A stretch of 60,461 nucleotides of DNA from an uncultured Oscillospiraceae bacterium (GCA_964651095.1 CAZYWO010000001.1:1-60461); one strand, 5' to 3'. Shown: positions 28,272-37,324, counted from the first letter of the stretch. A program made the numbers and translations. Notes: generated from the letters alone by a model not told the origin.

Positions 28272-30890
28272 TTAATTTCTGTTATTTGTGCTGTCGTCCT
28301 CGTACATATCGCCTTTAATAGTGTACTTTCCGGCATCATTCCCATCCAATGTAAGACATAATTCCTTTTCCGTGCCGTCCTCAAGAACAACCTTGCCATT
28401 GCTTATGAAGATGTTGTAGCTGTATCCTCCGTCAGGGATATATACCGGCGTAAACACGGTTCTTTTATTAAGAACGGAGAGAGGATTTTCCTTGTTCTGG
28501 AACACCACGGTTTCCGTGGAAATATCGCTGAAGCTTCCGCCACCGGATTTTATCTCCATATCAACAAGCCGTTCCTGCTTTCCACGGTTGGCGCTTTCCA
28601 CTACAAAGCCCGTATCGATTACAGCCGAAGAAGGTACAAACACCTCTGCCTTTGGAGCACGGGAGCTGCTTAAGGTTTTCTTGCATCGGCTTGACGATTT
28701 CTTTTTCGATGTAAGTGTAACCTTGACCTTAGCTGTAACCTCATTTCCGAAGCCATAGCCGGCTTTAAATACGCTGTCCGTCAGATGATTGTTTGAGGCT
28801 GTAAGAACCGCCTTATACTTATAGGTATGGGTGCAGTTATATGTTCGGGTAACGTACTGTTCCTTTACACTGCTCCATGAACGGTATGTGCCTTTGTGGC
28901 TTTCCTTTTCCGTCCATGTAATGGTGTCACTGCACTCGCCGTCACCGTCAAAACCATCACTCGCTTTTATGAAATAGGCGTTTATATCAACATTTTTCTG
29001 TGCTGTAAAGCTGTCCTCGGAATGTTCCACGCCCGGATGGCCGTTCGTCACGGGCTTATAATATACATACTCGTAGCCACGGATGCTGTCAATATCGTAT
29101 TCTTCGCCAACCTCCGCACTGTCCGTTCTGAGTACATCATCGGTTTCAATATCGATGTATTTTACGGTAATTTTGTTACTGCTGCTGCCCGAACCTTCTG
29201 AGGTAAAGTATGCGTTAATATCTGTGTTTACAAATAATGTTAGGCCCGTCTGCTTTTCGCCCTCAACATCGCCGTTAAGCTCGCAATAGTGAAGGAAGCG
29301 GTACCCGTCAACAGGTGAAATGGGATACAGCATTCCGTGTGTTACCTTTTCCGACCGGAGAATTTCACGGGTATTTATATCAATATACTTTATGGTATGC
29401 GTATCACCATCACCAACGGGAGTTTCGGGGCTGAAATAAACGTTTACGTCATGATCGGCCACGGGGAAAGTCCCTTCCGGATTTTCCGGCCCAAGGGTAT
29501 TGTCAGGATTTACAACACGGTGATAAACAAATTTATATTTCGGTATAACTTCAACCTCATAAGTAGTTCCCTCAGGCACTCTTACGGTTTTAAGAACGGA
29601 GTTGTCGGTTACGTCAATATAGGTAACGGTTATATTGTTCCCGTCAGCCTCAGCAGGAACACAGTAAACGTCAATATCTGCACTCATGCGGGATATTTTT
29701 CCATGAGGTTCAAAGAAATACTTTTCGCTGCCGTCGGGGTATTTTTCAACATGGCTCAGATATTCATAACCGTCGTCGCACTTTAAGGTATAATTCATGC
29801 TTACGTCAACATCATTATAAACAATCGGCTCTTTTTCGGAAAGCACCTCTCCTGAATTGGCGTTTATAAAGCGGAAATTCCATCTCAATCCTTCTGCATT
29901 TCCCATATAGACATCAACCCTGCGGTAGGGGACAACATTGCTGTTTTCGTCAACAAAGGTAAAATCCATGCCTTTGGCTTCACCGTAGAAGCTTCCGTCG
30001 CTGTTGTACAGCTCGCTGTGGTCGTAAAGATATTCTGTTCCTTTGAAGGTTCTGGGAGAGATAACACTGAATTTACCCCGCAACGGATCAGCTTTTCCTA
30101 TTGTATTGTAAATTCTTCTGTATTCGTGACCCAACTTCATGCCCGTATCTTTATCAATATAGTTTATCAGGATATCTTCCTGTACAACAACCTGCACTTC
30201 TGCAAAATACCATAAGATACCTTTGGGGTAATTGGGATTTTCTCCCTTACTTTTGTGGGAGCCGTTTACGCTCCATGCCCAATCGCTGTTTTTATGGGGC
30301 TTTGTGCTGCTTTTTACACAGAGATAAAAATGATTTGTTCCCGGCTTTGTCAGCTTGAATTCCGTTTTGCCCAAAATATTATAATCGTAAATATGATTAT
30401 TCGGGTCACTGTTCCACAGGTCGCCCCAATACTGCCAGTCCCAGCTGGCTATTTTGTCCCCGTTGTTTTTAGGAACGGAGCAATCGACAAAATACAGTGT
30501 TTCTCCTACATAACAATAAAGTGTGTTTATATCCTCAGGTTCTTTGAGTGTATAGTCGGGAAACTCCACTTTTACTGTCGCAACGTCCTGTTTATTGTCA
30601 ATTTGAAAACCTGTGCTGACAGCTTTCCCTTGATACCCCGGATTGGGCAATCCGTTCGTTTTCGGTCTGTCATTTACACGGATGACTTCAAAAGCTGCAA
30701 GCGGACGGACTATCTCTTTTCCGTTCCTGTCTTTAGGAACAGGCATTTGCTGATTTTCAGCCATTTCACTTCCATGTTCTGCACGGCGGGTATCCATAAG
30801 TTTCGGCTGCGGTTCTGCATATACCCCTGTGCTGCATAAAAAAATGACCGCCATAATGGCAGTCAAAATGCGTAACAATTTAGTTTTCAT
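28272..30890 (-). CDS. Large secreted adhesin with MucBP-like repeats
   Basis: 872 aa with a signal peptide (ILTAIMAVIFLCSTGVYA). At least three ~70-aa repeats (ITVTYIDVTDNSVLKTV..., HTIKYIDINTREILRSE..., ITVKYIDIETDDVLRTD... each ending in (V/I)N(V/A)YF) match the MucBP pattern. No LPXTG. Confidence 0.7.
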   Translation of the reverse strand: MKTKLLRILTAIMAVIFLCSTGVYAEPQPKLMDTRRAEHGSEMAENQQMPVPKDRNGKEIVRPLAAFEVIRVNDRPKTNGLPNPGYQGKAVSTGFQIDNKQDVATVKVEFPDYTLKEPEDINTLYCYVGETLYFVDCSVPKNNGDKIASWDWQYWGDLWNSDPNNHIYDYNILGKTEFKLTKPGTNHFYLCVKSSTKPHKNSDWAWSVNGSHKSKGENPNYPKGILWYFAEVQVVVQEDILINYIDKDTGMKLGHEYRRIYNTIGKADPLRGKFSVISPRTFKGTEYLYDHSELYNSDGSFYGEAKGMDFTFVDENSNVVPYRRVDVYMGNAEGLRWNFRFINANSGEVLSEKEPIVYNDVDVSMNYTLKCDDGYEYLSHVEKYPDGSEKYFFEPHGKISRMSADIDVYCVPAEADGNNITVTYIDVTDNSVLKTVRVPEGTTYEVEVIPKYKFVYHRVVNPDNTLGPENPEGTFPVADHDVNVYFSPETPVGDGDTHTIKYIDINTREILRSEKVTHGMLYPISPVDGYRFLHYCELNGDVEGEKQTGLTLFVNTDINAYFTSEGSGSSSNKITVKYIDIETDDVLRTDSAEVGEEYDIDSIRGYEYVYYKPVTNGHPGVEHSEDSFTAQKNVDINAYFIKASDGFDGDGECSDTITWTEKESHKGTYRSWSSVKEQYVTRTYNCTHTYKYKAVLTASNNHLTDSVFKAGYGFGNEVTAKVKVTLTSKKKSSSRCKKTLSSSRAPKAEVFVPSSAVIDTGFVVESANRGKQERLVDMEIKSGGGSFSDISTETVVFQNKENPLSVLNKRTVFTPVYIPDGGYSYNIFISNGKVVLEDGTEKELCLTLDGNDAGKYTIKGDMYEDDSTNNRN

Positions 30891-30944
30891 AGTTTTTTCC
30901 TTTCCGATATTTAATTATCAATGATTATATTTATGAAATCAGTT

Positions 30945-31847
30945 TTAGTTTTTGGAAGAAGTAATCACAACAGTTCTGTTTTCATTGTCCCAGTCAACCT
31001 TTGCACCCAAAACCTCGCTGAAGAAGCGAAGGGGAATATATGTGCGGTTGTTTTTAAGGAAACCTACGCTGTCAAGCTTTACCGGTTCCTGATCTTGAAT
31101 CTGATCATCAATATAGTCGTTACCATATTTAATTTTGTAAGAAGAAATTGTGTCGTTACCAATATTATACTGAATATGAATATTTTCATCTCTATCAGTT
31201 GTCCAAATAGTTAAGTTTATATGACCCGTATCAATAAACACCGGAACTTTTACAAATATGCCTTCCGGATCATCCATAGCTGAATAAAGCCTTCTGCCAA
31301 AGTCGTTCCAGTACATCTTACACCGATTCTGTGCTATAGCCCATGCATCCCTTTGATCGTCCCGAACCTTTGCCCCCAAAGCTTCGGAAACGAATCTTAA
31401 AGGAACCATAGTCCGTCCGTTTATGTCGATGAACGGCTCGGCGTCAGGGAACTCAACTTCCTTGCCGTCCACAACAACCTTAACGTTTCCGCTTGCATAG
31501 CATGTATCCGCCCAATTGTAGCCAAAGCCGTTGGGAACACGTTTGGAAATTTCTCCACTATTTGTATCTTTAAAATATTCTTTAGAGGTGTCGATGTCAA
31601 TGCCTTCGGGGACTTCCTGATTTTGAAGCTTAAGAGTAACCCACGGAGCTTCTTCCGTGAGAGCACCTCTTTCGTCAGTTTCGTAGCCTACCGTAAAGTT
31701 CCAAAAGTCCATGTATGTAACGTTTGGAGAATAAATATTAGGGACATAAGTTTCCCACCAGCGTTCGTTTTCCGCAAAGACAGAACCGCAAAGTGCCGCA
31801 ATTGCAACAGCTAAACAAGTAATGGCAGCTGTAATCTTTTTCAACAT
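30945..31847 (-). CDS. Secreted protein with two copper-amine-oxidase-N-terminal-like (stalk) domains
   Basis: NGRTMVPLRFVSEALGAKV and NNRTYIPLRFFSEVLGAKVDWD. The start is set at ATG 31847 (MLKKITAAITCLAVAIAALCGSVFA signal, SD GAAAGGAAG). The longer track ORF would run through the promoter. Confidence 0.7.
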   Translation of the reverse strand: MLKKITAAITCLAVAIAALCGSVFAENERWWETYVPNIYSPNVTYMDFWNFTVGYETDERGALTEEAPWVTLKLQNQEVPEGIDIDTSKEYFKDTNSGEISKRVPNGFGYNWADTCYASGNVKVVVDGKEVEFPDAEPFIDINGRTMVPLRFVSEALGAKVRDDQRDAWAIAQNRCKMYWNDFGRRLYSAMDDPEGIFVKVPVFIDTGHINLTIWTTDRDENIHIQYNIGNDTISSYKIKYGNDYIDDQIQDQEPVKLDSVGFLKNNRTYIPLRFFSEVLGAKVDWDNENRTVVITSSKN

Positions 31848-31896
31848 AACAATCTTCCTTTCGAGTTTTTTGAATTTACCTCTTTTACCTATATTC

Positions 31897-31925
31897 ATTA
31901 TATCATATTTATTTTGATTTGTCAA
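31897..31925 (-). promoter_or_regulatory. Consensus extended -10 sigma-A promoter
   Basis: The minus strand reads TTGACA (31925-31920), a 17-nt spacer, then TATAAT (31902-31897), with TG at -15/-14 (aTGaTATAAT). Confidence 0.65.
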
Positions 31926-32071
31926 CAATATATTAGGAAATATTGTAAACTTTTTGTGAACAACGCCAAAATTTCATATGTTTCTTTTTCAGCTATCGGT
32001 TATTACATTTCTTCTTCATCGGCATCAAAACCTGCCGGAGGTTGCAGAGCTGAAAACAGCACGTAAATTTA

Positions 32072-33046
32072 CTACATTTCAAATTCGTCGAAACAATCCT
32101 CGCTATAGTTTTCGCTGTATTCGTGCGCTTTGCCTAAGCCTAAAATTGCGCTGTACCCGTTATCGGTATAAGGCTTATATTCGCCTGTGTACTCAAGGAG
32201 TTCGTTTTCAGCGGGTATATATACCTTGCCGTTTTCAAGGCACTTGAATATATCGCAAGGAATATCATTGCAAGCCATGTAAAAGTCCTTATGTTTATAA
32301 TCAATCTTGTTTTCACCGTACTTTTCAACATATTGATTAGTCCATATTCCCAATTTTCTATCCGGAGCAGTATGATGTGTTATATGCTCAAACTGAGTTG
32401 AACCATTTATAACTCCGACAGGGAGAAAATGACAGCCGCCATACTCAAAGGCATTAGGATTTTCTTTTATTGTCTTTTCGATTTCGAGCTTTTGATTAAG
32501 CCATTCGGGATAATACTCTTTCTTCAAAATACCAAGTACATCGTATCTTTCAAAACGAGTGCTATTGTCTTTATATAAATAATCGCAAAATACAGCCGAG
32601 CCACGAGTGGCAGGCCGTGCACCGTTACCTCCTGTACAGCGTACAATTTGATGTGCTTCGGTTTGATATTCGGGTCTTAACACCTTTGGGTCAATGACAA
32701 TGATTTCACCCTCTAAATTTTTATCGGTAATGCTATCGCACATTTCGCCGGTAATAATGCCTTTCGGCATATCTTTTTCACTTGCTTTTGTTTTCTCAAT
32801 CTGTTCTTTGAGCCTGTCTGAATATATTTCGGCAATTTCAAGAAAATTATTACCTGTCAGTACCTCAGAAAACCTTTCAAAAAGGTCGTCCCTTTCGCTG
32901 AAGCACGTCATGTAGAAATATCCGTCCTTTTCCTCCATGTTTTCCCCAAGCAAAAGCTCTTTATCGCCGATATGTATTGAGTTTATAATATTATAGTTTC
33001 CTGCTTTTCTGATTTCCCTGCTCATTTCGTATTCCCTCGCTTTCAT
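32072..33046 (-). CDS. Hypothetical cytoplasmic accessory protein with C-terminal DEFEM tail
   Basis: 324-aa ORF with no signal or TM segment. No domain I can name. Ends ...SEDCFDEFEM. Confidence 0.55.
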   Translation of the reverse strand: MKAREYEMSREIRKAGNYNIINSIHIGDKELLLGENMEEKDGYFYMTCFSERDDLFERFSEVLTGNNFLEIAEIYSDRLKEQIEKTKASEKDMPKGIITGEMCDSITDKNLEGEIIVIDPKVLRPEYQTEAHQIVRCTGGNGARPATRGSAVFCDYLYKDNSTRFERYDVLGILKKEYYPEWLNQKLEIEKTIKENPNAFEYGGCHFLPVGVINGSTQFEHITHHTAPDRKLGIWTNQYVEKYGENKIDYKHKDFYMACNDIPCDIFKCLENGKVYIPAENELLEYTGEYKPYTDNGYSAILGLGKAHEYSENYSEDCFDEFEM

Positions 33047-33095
33047 AATTGTTCATTCGTCTATCCTCGTTTTTTATAAACTCAACAAGAATATA

Positions 33096-34022
33096 TTAAA
33101 GCGCTTCCACTTCGGCGCAGCAGTTTTCGTAAAACTCCCGTGCTTCATCAAAACCGGAAAAGTATTTGCCGTGATCCCATTCGTTTTCGGAAAGATTTGT
33201 TGCAACAATGAAAGGCTGAGGAGTTCCGGAAAGAGAAAAAAGCAGCGATTTTTCTCCGCTTTGCCCGCAAATTACGTATCGGCAGCCGTTTCTGTTATTA
33301 AAAATGTTGTTGTTGTAAAGGTTAAGCCACTGCTTTTCATCGTTGGACACCGGCGTCCATGTTTCAAGACTTTGGCGGATTTCACTTCCCGTGTAATGCT
33401 GACTTGCGGAAGAAATGAAATCGGTAAGAGACACATTGTCATGCTCTATAAGCATACGTTCAAGTTCCATCTGTATTTTTCTCTCAATAGGAACTGCCTT
33501 ACAATTTATGCGCTCGATTGTTTTCCTGATGTTATCACTGAGATAGCTCAGTCTTTCGTGGGTATATGTTCCATAATATATACGGTTTTCATCCAACAGC
33601 TTCAATATTTTTTTGTCAAGCTGAATGCTGTCCTCCATGTTCTGAAGCCGTCCAGCCTGTTCAAAGCGGCTTTCATCACGACAGACCACAATGTTGAAAT
33701 TTTCAAATCTGTTTACCCCGGCAAAAATATCTTTAGTAAATTGGGGGCTGTTCCATTCCCCATAAATTTCACTGAGGATAAGAGGTGAGTCCGTAACGGC
33801 AATGTCTATCTTACCGTTGAGCCGATTTATGCGGCGAAACTGTTCCTGAAACAATGCTTCCTGATCGGCAAGCTTATCGAGACGGTTTTCCCAGACCAGC
33901 TCCTTGGCATATTCGGGTACATACTCAACAACGTAACCCATTCGCTTTAACTCCGCCGCCAGATTCCATGCGGCATGAGTTTTTCCCGCTCCCGGACCGC
34001 CCAGCGTATTAACTACGAGCAT
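33096..34022 (-). CDS. P-loop NTPase (AAA_28/nucleoside-kinase-like) with unknown C-terminal domain
   Basis: 308 aa. Walker A at the extreme N-terminus (NTLGGPGAGKTHAA) and a Walker B-like segment IDIAVTDSPLI. Confidence 0.6.
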   Translation of the reverse strand: MLVVNTLGGPGAGKTHAAWNLAAELKRMGYVVEYVPEYAKELVWENRLDKLADQEALFQEQFRRINRLNGKIDIAVTDSPLILSEIYGEWNSPQFTKDIFAGVNRFENFNIVVCRDESRFEQAGRLQNMEDSIQLDKKILKLLDENRIYYGTYTHERLSYLSDNIRKTIERINCKAVPIERKIQMELERMLIEHDNVSLTDFISSASQHYTGSEIRQSLETWTPVSNDEKQWLNLYNNNIFNNRNGCRYVICGQSGEKSLLFSLSGTPQPFIVATNLSENEWDHGKYFSGFDEAREFYENCCAEVEAL

Positions 34023-34540
34023 AACTGATTGCCTCCTTTAATATTATCGAGCCGTTTAAAAATTATATTCTTTTCTTCAGTACAGAGCTTATTTGCTCCT
34101 TTGAAGCTGCCGTCCTCATATCCCTTGAGAACGCCTCTGGCATAAAGCTGAAGAACATGATATTGACATGAATTGCAGATGTCGTTATAGTCGGATATTT
34201 TTTCTATAAACTTATCCGTTTCGGAAGCCGGCAGGTAGGATATCCCCCAAATTTTTTCCATAGCACGGGAAACCAACTTTGCTGCGGTTTGTCTGGATAT
34301 ATTTTCTTCAAAACGGCTTTCACCATATTCACCTTTGTTCATTATGCCTAATTCCTCTGCCTTAAGTATAACCGCCCCGTTATCAAGGGGAAGGCTGATT
34401 ACATTCAGGTTTATAAGCAGTTCGTTAGTGAAGCTGCAAATGGTGGGTTTCTCCGCAGGATCGCTTGCAAAAACTATTGTTGCGACACAGACAAGAGTCA
34501 TAGCCGCAATTGTAATAAATGTAAAAACAAATTCTCTCAC
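34013..34540 (-). CDS. Secreted or anchored protein with SLH-like domain
   Basis: Start re-set to GTG 34540 (SD GGAGTGA overlapping the toxN stop). This gives signal REFVFTFITIAAMTLVCVATIVFA|SD. The C-terminal VLQLYARGVLKGYEDGSFKGANKLCTEE resembles an S-layer-homology motif. Confidence 0.45.
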   Translation of the reverse strand: MREFVFTFITIAAMTLVCVATIVFASDPAEKPTICSFTNELLINLNVISLPLDNGAVILKAEELGIMNKGEYGESRFEENISRQTAAKLVSRAMEKIWGISYLPASETDKFIEKISDYNDICNSCQYHVLQLYARGVLKGYEDGSFKGANKLCTEEKNIIFKRLDNIKGGNQLCS

Positions 34541-34547
34541 TATATAT

Positions 34548-35042
34548 TCACTCCAATTCAATTTCAAAATTATTCTGAAATTCTCTGCATTTTTCTTCAA
34601 GCAGAGCAAAATCACAACATACATTGTTCATCAGGCTGCCCTGGATATGGGCCTCTCTGTATACCCATGCAGCCTTGCCGTAAATAAGCCCCCTGTTTTT
34701 ATTACAAAAAAAGAGTTCGTTGGAAAGTAAATCCCTATATATTTTTTCTTCCTTTGAAAAATCCTTAATCTTTACTTCTGAAAGGGGAACAGGAAACATA
34801 TGAGATAATCCGATGCTCCCCAAAGGTCTTTTCTGCCTGTTTAAAATAACCACGTTGCTTGCCATAGCCTTTGTCTTTGAGCTTATGGGGGCAAAGTAAT
34901 TTACGTTGTTTACCTTGAGGATAATTCCGCAGAAAAAACGTTGATGCCTGAATTCGATGCCGGATGTATCAGGGACCTTATCATCAAACATGGAAAGATA
35001 AGATAGGTATTTATCTGATACATGATAAAATTTTATTTTCAA
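34548..35042 (-). CDS. toxN: ToxN/AbiQ-family type III toxin-antitoxin endoribonuclease toxin
   Basis: 164 aa. (M)KIKFYHVSDKYLSYLSMFDDKVPD...FFCGIILKVNNVNYFAPISSKTK...FALLEEKCREF parallels the recalled ToxN sequence MKFYTISSKYIEYLKEFDDKVPN...FIGIVLEIQGHKYLAPLTSPK...FSLLEEKYRDF. TTG start. Confidence 0.8.
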   Translation of the reverse strand: MKIKFYHVSDKYLSYLSMFDDKVPDTSGIEFRHQRFFCGIILKVNNVNYFAPISSKTKAMASNVVILNRQKRPLGSIGLSHMFPVPLSEVKIKDFSKEEKIYRDLLSNELFFCNKNRGLIYGKAAWVYREAHIQGSLMNNVCCDFALLEEKCREFQNNFEIELE

Positions 35043-35045
35043 TTT

Positions 35046-35084
35046 AAAACCGCCTTTAAATATATTTACAATATTTGCGGTTTT
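35046..35084 (-). promoter_or_regulatory. Hairpin sequestering the toxN Shine-Dalgarno
   Basis: aaaaccgc(35046-53)/gcggtttt(35077-84) plus an inner stem aaatat(35058-63)/atattt(35071-76). The SD-like AAGGCGG (35056-35050) lies in the stem, 7 nt before the TTG start. Confidence 0.5.
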
Positions 35085-35104
35085 TGGCAGGACGTGCCGA
35101 AGTA

Positions 35105-35136
35105 AAAAGCGCCTTGAATAAAATCAAGACGCTTTT
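35105..35136 (-). terminator. Rho-independent terminator-like hairpin inside the toxN leader
   Basis: aaaagcgccttga(35105-17)/tcaagacgctttt(35124-36): 13-bp stem with 1 mismatch and a 6-nt loop. There is a U-run on the minus strand. This is the position of the terminator that separates antitoxin RNA from toxin in type III TA loci. Confidence 0.55.
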
Positions 35137-35140
35137 CTTC

Positions 35141-35262
35141 TCCACTCTCGTAAATCGGCGGTGGTAGCCTTCCCGTACTCGTAAGTAGGCGACGGAAACC
35201 GATTGAATTTAAGACTTCGCATTTAAGGCTGCGAAACACCTCGGGTCAACTGTACGTTATGT
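35141..35262 (-). ncRNA. Candidate ToxI-like antitoxin RNA region
   Basis: Non-coding stretch between the promoter and the terminator upstream of toxN. It contains only two degenerate ~32-nt units sharing CGCC-N3-TTACGAG, plus small hairpins (ttcgca/tgcgaa). No clean tandem array is present. Confidence 0.35.
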
Positions 35263-35270
35263 ACAACTAT

Positions 35271-35299
35271 AGTTTACATCTCATGAATGAAAATGTCAA
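35271..35299 (-). promoter_or_regulatory. Promoter of the toxIN-like unit
   Basis: The minus strand reads TTGACA (35299-35294), a 17-nt spacer, then TAAACT (35276-35271). It lies 24 nt after the stop of the upstream Tad gene. Confidence 0.5.
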
Positions 35300-35322
35300 T
35301 ACATGAAATTATAAACAATTTG

Positions 35323-35787
35323 TTAACGTATACGTTGATTGAGACTTTTTACATCAAAAGGAATAGCTATGTACCGATATTCAGTAGGAAGGTTATCAAA
35401 AAGCTTTCCCACCAATTCAGGTTCGATATAAAGCGTACCCTTAACCTTGTAATATGCCGATATACCTACGCTGCCGCCTTCTTCAATTTCCTCGTCCTCA
35501 ATGTTTATCAGATATGAAAATCTTCCGCCCGGCTCATTTTGCAGCTCAGCAATATAAGCAGCAAATTCTTCACGGGCTGTTTCTGCGTCAATTTTTGAAA
35601 TGTGTTCCCGCCGATAATCATCGTCCGTGGCAACTTCCACGGCGATGTTAAGGCCCCGTTGAATCTCAATGTCTATGTGATTTTTGAAAGTGTATATGTT
35701 GTAAATCTCTATGGTAAGCAGAGTTACAATAACAAAAATAAATACAAAAAACAAAAGAAATACCGGGGCAAAGGCGCATTTCTTCAC
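35323..35787 (-). CDS. TadE/TadG-like pilus pseudopilin/assembly protein
   Basis: 154 aa with a single N-terminal hydrophobic helix (FAPVFLLFFVFIFVIVTLLTI). It is the last gene of the Tad-type cluster. Confidence 0.4.
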   Translation of the reverse strand: MKKCAFAPVFLLFFVFIFVIVTLLTIEIYNIYTFKNHIDIEIQRGLNIAVEVATDDDYRREHISKIDAETAREEFAAYIAELQNEPGGRFSYLINIEDEEIEEGGSVGISAYYKVKGTLYIEPELVGKLFDNLPTEYRYIAIPFDVKSLNQRIR

Positions 35788-35789
35788 AT

Positions 35790-36191
35790 CTATTCACCAT
35801 CCCTCCAAAGCACCTGAGAAACTCCCGTAAGCGTTTTGCTCATAGGAATCTCAACTGTAACGGGATCGGTAAAGGTGGGGCGGATAACTTCTACATAAAC
35901 CGTGTCCGAAACGGTTACACTGAAACGATCTCTAAGCTGAATTCTTCCTGTGGTGCTCCATGTAACGGTAGGGTTTATTCCCAACTCGGTTTTCAGGTCA
36001 TCCTCCAAAGCATAGGTTGAAGAAGAAACTTCGCCGTTGGCTTCAACATCACGCACAAGTACCTTAGCCATGTAGTCCAGATTTTGTTTTGCGATGAAAG
36101 GCTGCCATATTGCTACGAGTGTCATTACAAGGCTCATTATGATAATAAACTCAATAAGTATCTCAAAGTATGCTTCTGACTTTTTTCGCAT
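35790..36191 (-). CDS. Tad-type pseudopilin-like protein
   Basis: 133 aa. MRKKSEAYFEILIEFIIIMSLVMTLVAIW shares the EAY(L/F)(D/E)xL motif plus hydrophobic helix with the adjacent Flp-like ORF. Confidence 0.45.
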   Translation of the reverse strand: MRKKSEAYFEILIEFIIIMSLVMTLVAIWQPFIAKQNLDYMAKVLVRDVEANGEVSSSTYALEDDLKTELGINPTVTWSTTGRIQLRDRFSVTVSDTVYVEVIRPTFTDPVTVEIPMSKTLTGVSQVLWRDGE

Positions 36192-36211
36192 AAATATATT
36201 CCTTCCTTAAA

Positions 36212-36424
36212 TTAGAAGTTAAATTTATTTCTGATTTCGCCGATTACATCTTCCCAAAGTTCGGGAACGGCGGTGTTGAGCAGCGCAAGCAGGGCAACGC
36301 CCAAAAGAACCACGATCAGAATTTTAACAAGCATATCGAGGTATGCTTCGCCCCGTTTTCTGAGGGAAAAAGTCTGCTTTGCAGCAGAAAGTGTCCGGTG
36401 TTTAAGCTGTTCCAAATAAAGCAT
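36212..36424 (-). CDS. Flp-type (type IVb/Tad) prepilin-like protein
   Basis: 70 aa. Basic leader ...LRKRG, then EAYLDMLVKILIVVLLGVALLALL. Size and position upstream of tadB/C-like genes fit an Flp pilin. Confidence 0.5.
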   Translation of the reverse strand: MLYLEQLKHRTLSAAKQTFSLRKRGEAYLDMLVKILIVVLLGVALLALLNTAVPELWEDVIGEIRNKFNF

Positions 36425-36444
36425 GTTAAGTGCTCCTTTCTTTT

Positions 36445-37314
36445 TTAAAATATACCGCCAAGCCCCGTTTTAAGGTTAATCAAAATGCAGTAAAGGTATA
36501 CTGCAATGAGCATAACCGTAAGAGCAATGGTGGCACGTTTGATTTTGGAGGGCCGCTTTGCGATCTCCTTTTTCAAATTTTCTTTCGCCAGCATATTCAT
36601 GGTCTGTTCCGTGATGGCGAAGAAGGTGGATTGATCCTCTCCGGCGTTGGCAGCAATTACACCGCCAACGAAATCCGTCAAGTAAGATATATTGACACGC
36701 TCTGCAAGGTGTGTCAAAGCCTCTGTTTCGTCTACATTGGTGCGAAGCTCAGTCAGAAGCACATTGAGATCATATTTTAGGGGACCGGCTATTTCCGTAT
36801 ATTTTTCAATACAACTGATTAGTCGTCTGTCGGTTTTAGAGGCGCTGTTATATGTACGGATGAAGCGGGGGAGTTCATTAATTATTCCTGAGTTAAGCTC
36901 TTTGATTTTATCTTCCGCCCTGTGCATATTTTTAAAAAACATTACAACCCCAAGCAGTATGCCTAAAAGAGTAAGCATGGGTATACCGAGTACCACACAG
37001 GAGAGGGATAATATAATAATTGCCGCAGAAATAATAATTGCCTGAGCCTGATATTCCTCCGGAGACATACGTATATTAGCCCTCGCCAAGGTACGAACCA
37101 TTTTCTCCCGCTTATATACATCAATCTTGATAAACTTTGAAACAAGAATTATAACGGGGGCCAGCATAGTTCCTTCAATCGTTAAGGCAGTATCCTTTTT
37201 TGAAATGAGCCGGCGCATCATTTTATCTGTTTTTGCAGAAGGAAAATTAATAAATTTTCCCGCCAAAATAAATGTTCCGGCTGAAAACAGCAGTATAAAT
37301 AACAGTCTGTACAC
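36445..37314 (-). CDS. TadC-like platform protein (T2SS-F family)
   Basis: 289 aa. N-terminal TM, a cytoplasmic helical domain and C-terminal TM pairs. Paired with the upstream TadB-like gene. Confidence 0.6.
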   Translation of the reverse strand: MYRLLFILLFSAGTFILAGKFINFPSAKTDKMMRRLISKKDTALTIEGTMLAPVIILVSKFIKIDVYKREKMVRTLARANIRMSPEEYQAQAIIISAAIIILSLSCVVLGIPMLTLLGILLGVVMFFKNMHRAEDKIKELNSGIINELPRFIRTYNSASKTDRRLISCIEKYTEIAGPLKYDLNVLLTELRTNVDETEALTHLAERVNISYLTDFVGGVIAANAGEDQSTFFAITEQTMNMLAKENLKKEIAKRPSKIKRATIALTVMLIAVYLYCILINLKTGLGGIF

Positions 37315-37324
37315 AGCGCACCTC

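Noticed and set aside
28139-28399. 86-aa ORF spanning the junction of the adhesin gene and the T4CP-anchor ORF.
   Set aside because: It overlaps two better-supported genes in other frames and has no motifs.
35043-35322. Possible CRISPR array, tandem ToxI array or tRNA in the 280-nt gap upstream of toxN.
   Set aside because: There are no regularly spaced identical repeats and no cloverleaf. Only two degenerate ~32-nt units and hairpins are present. It is kept only as a low-confidence antitoxin-RNA candidate.
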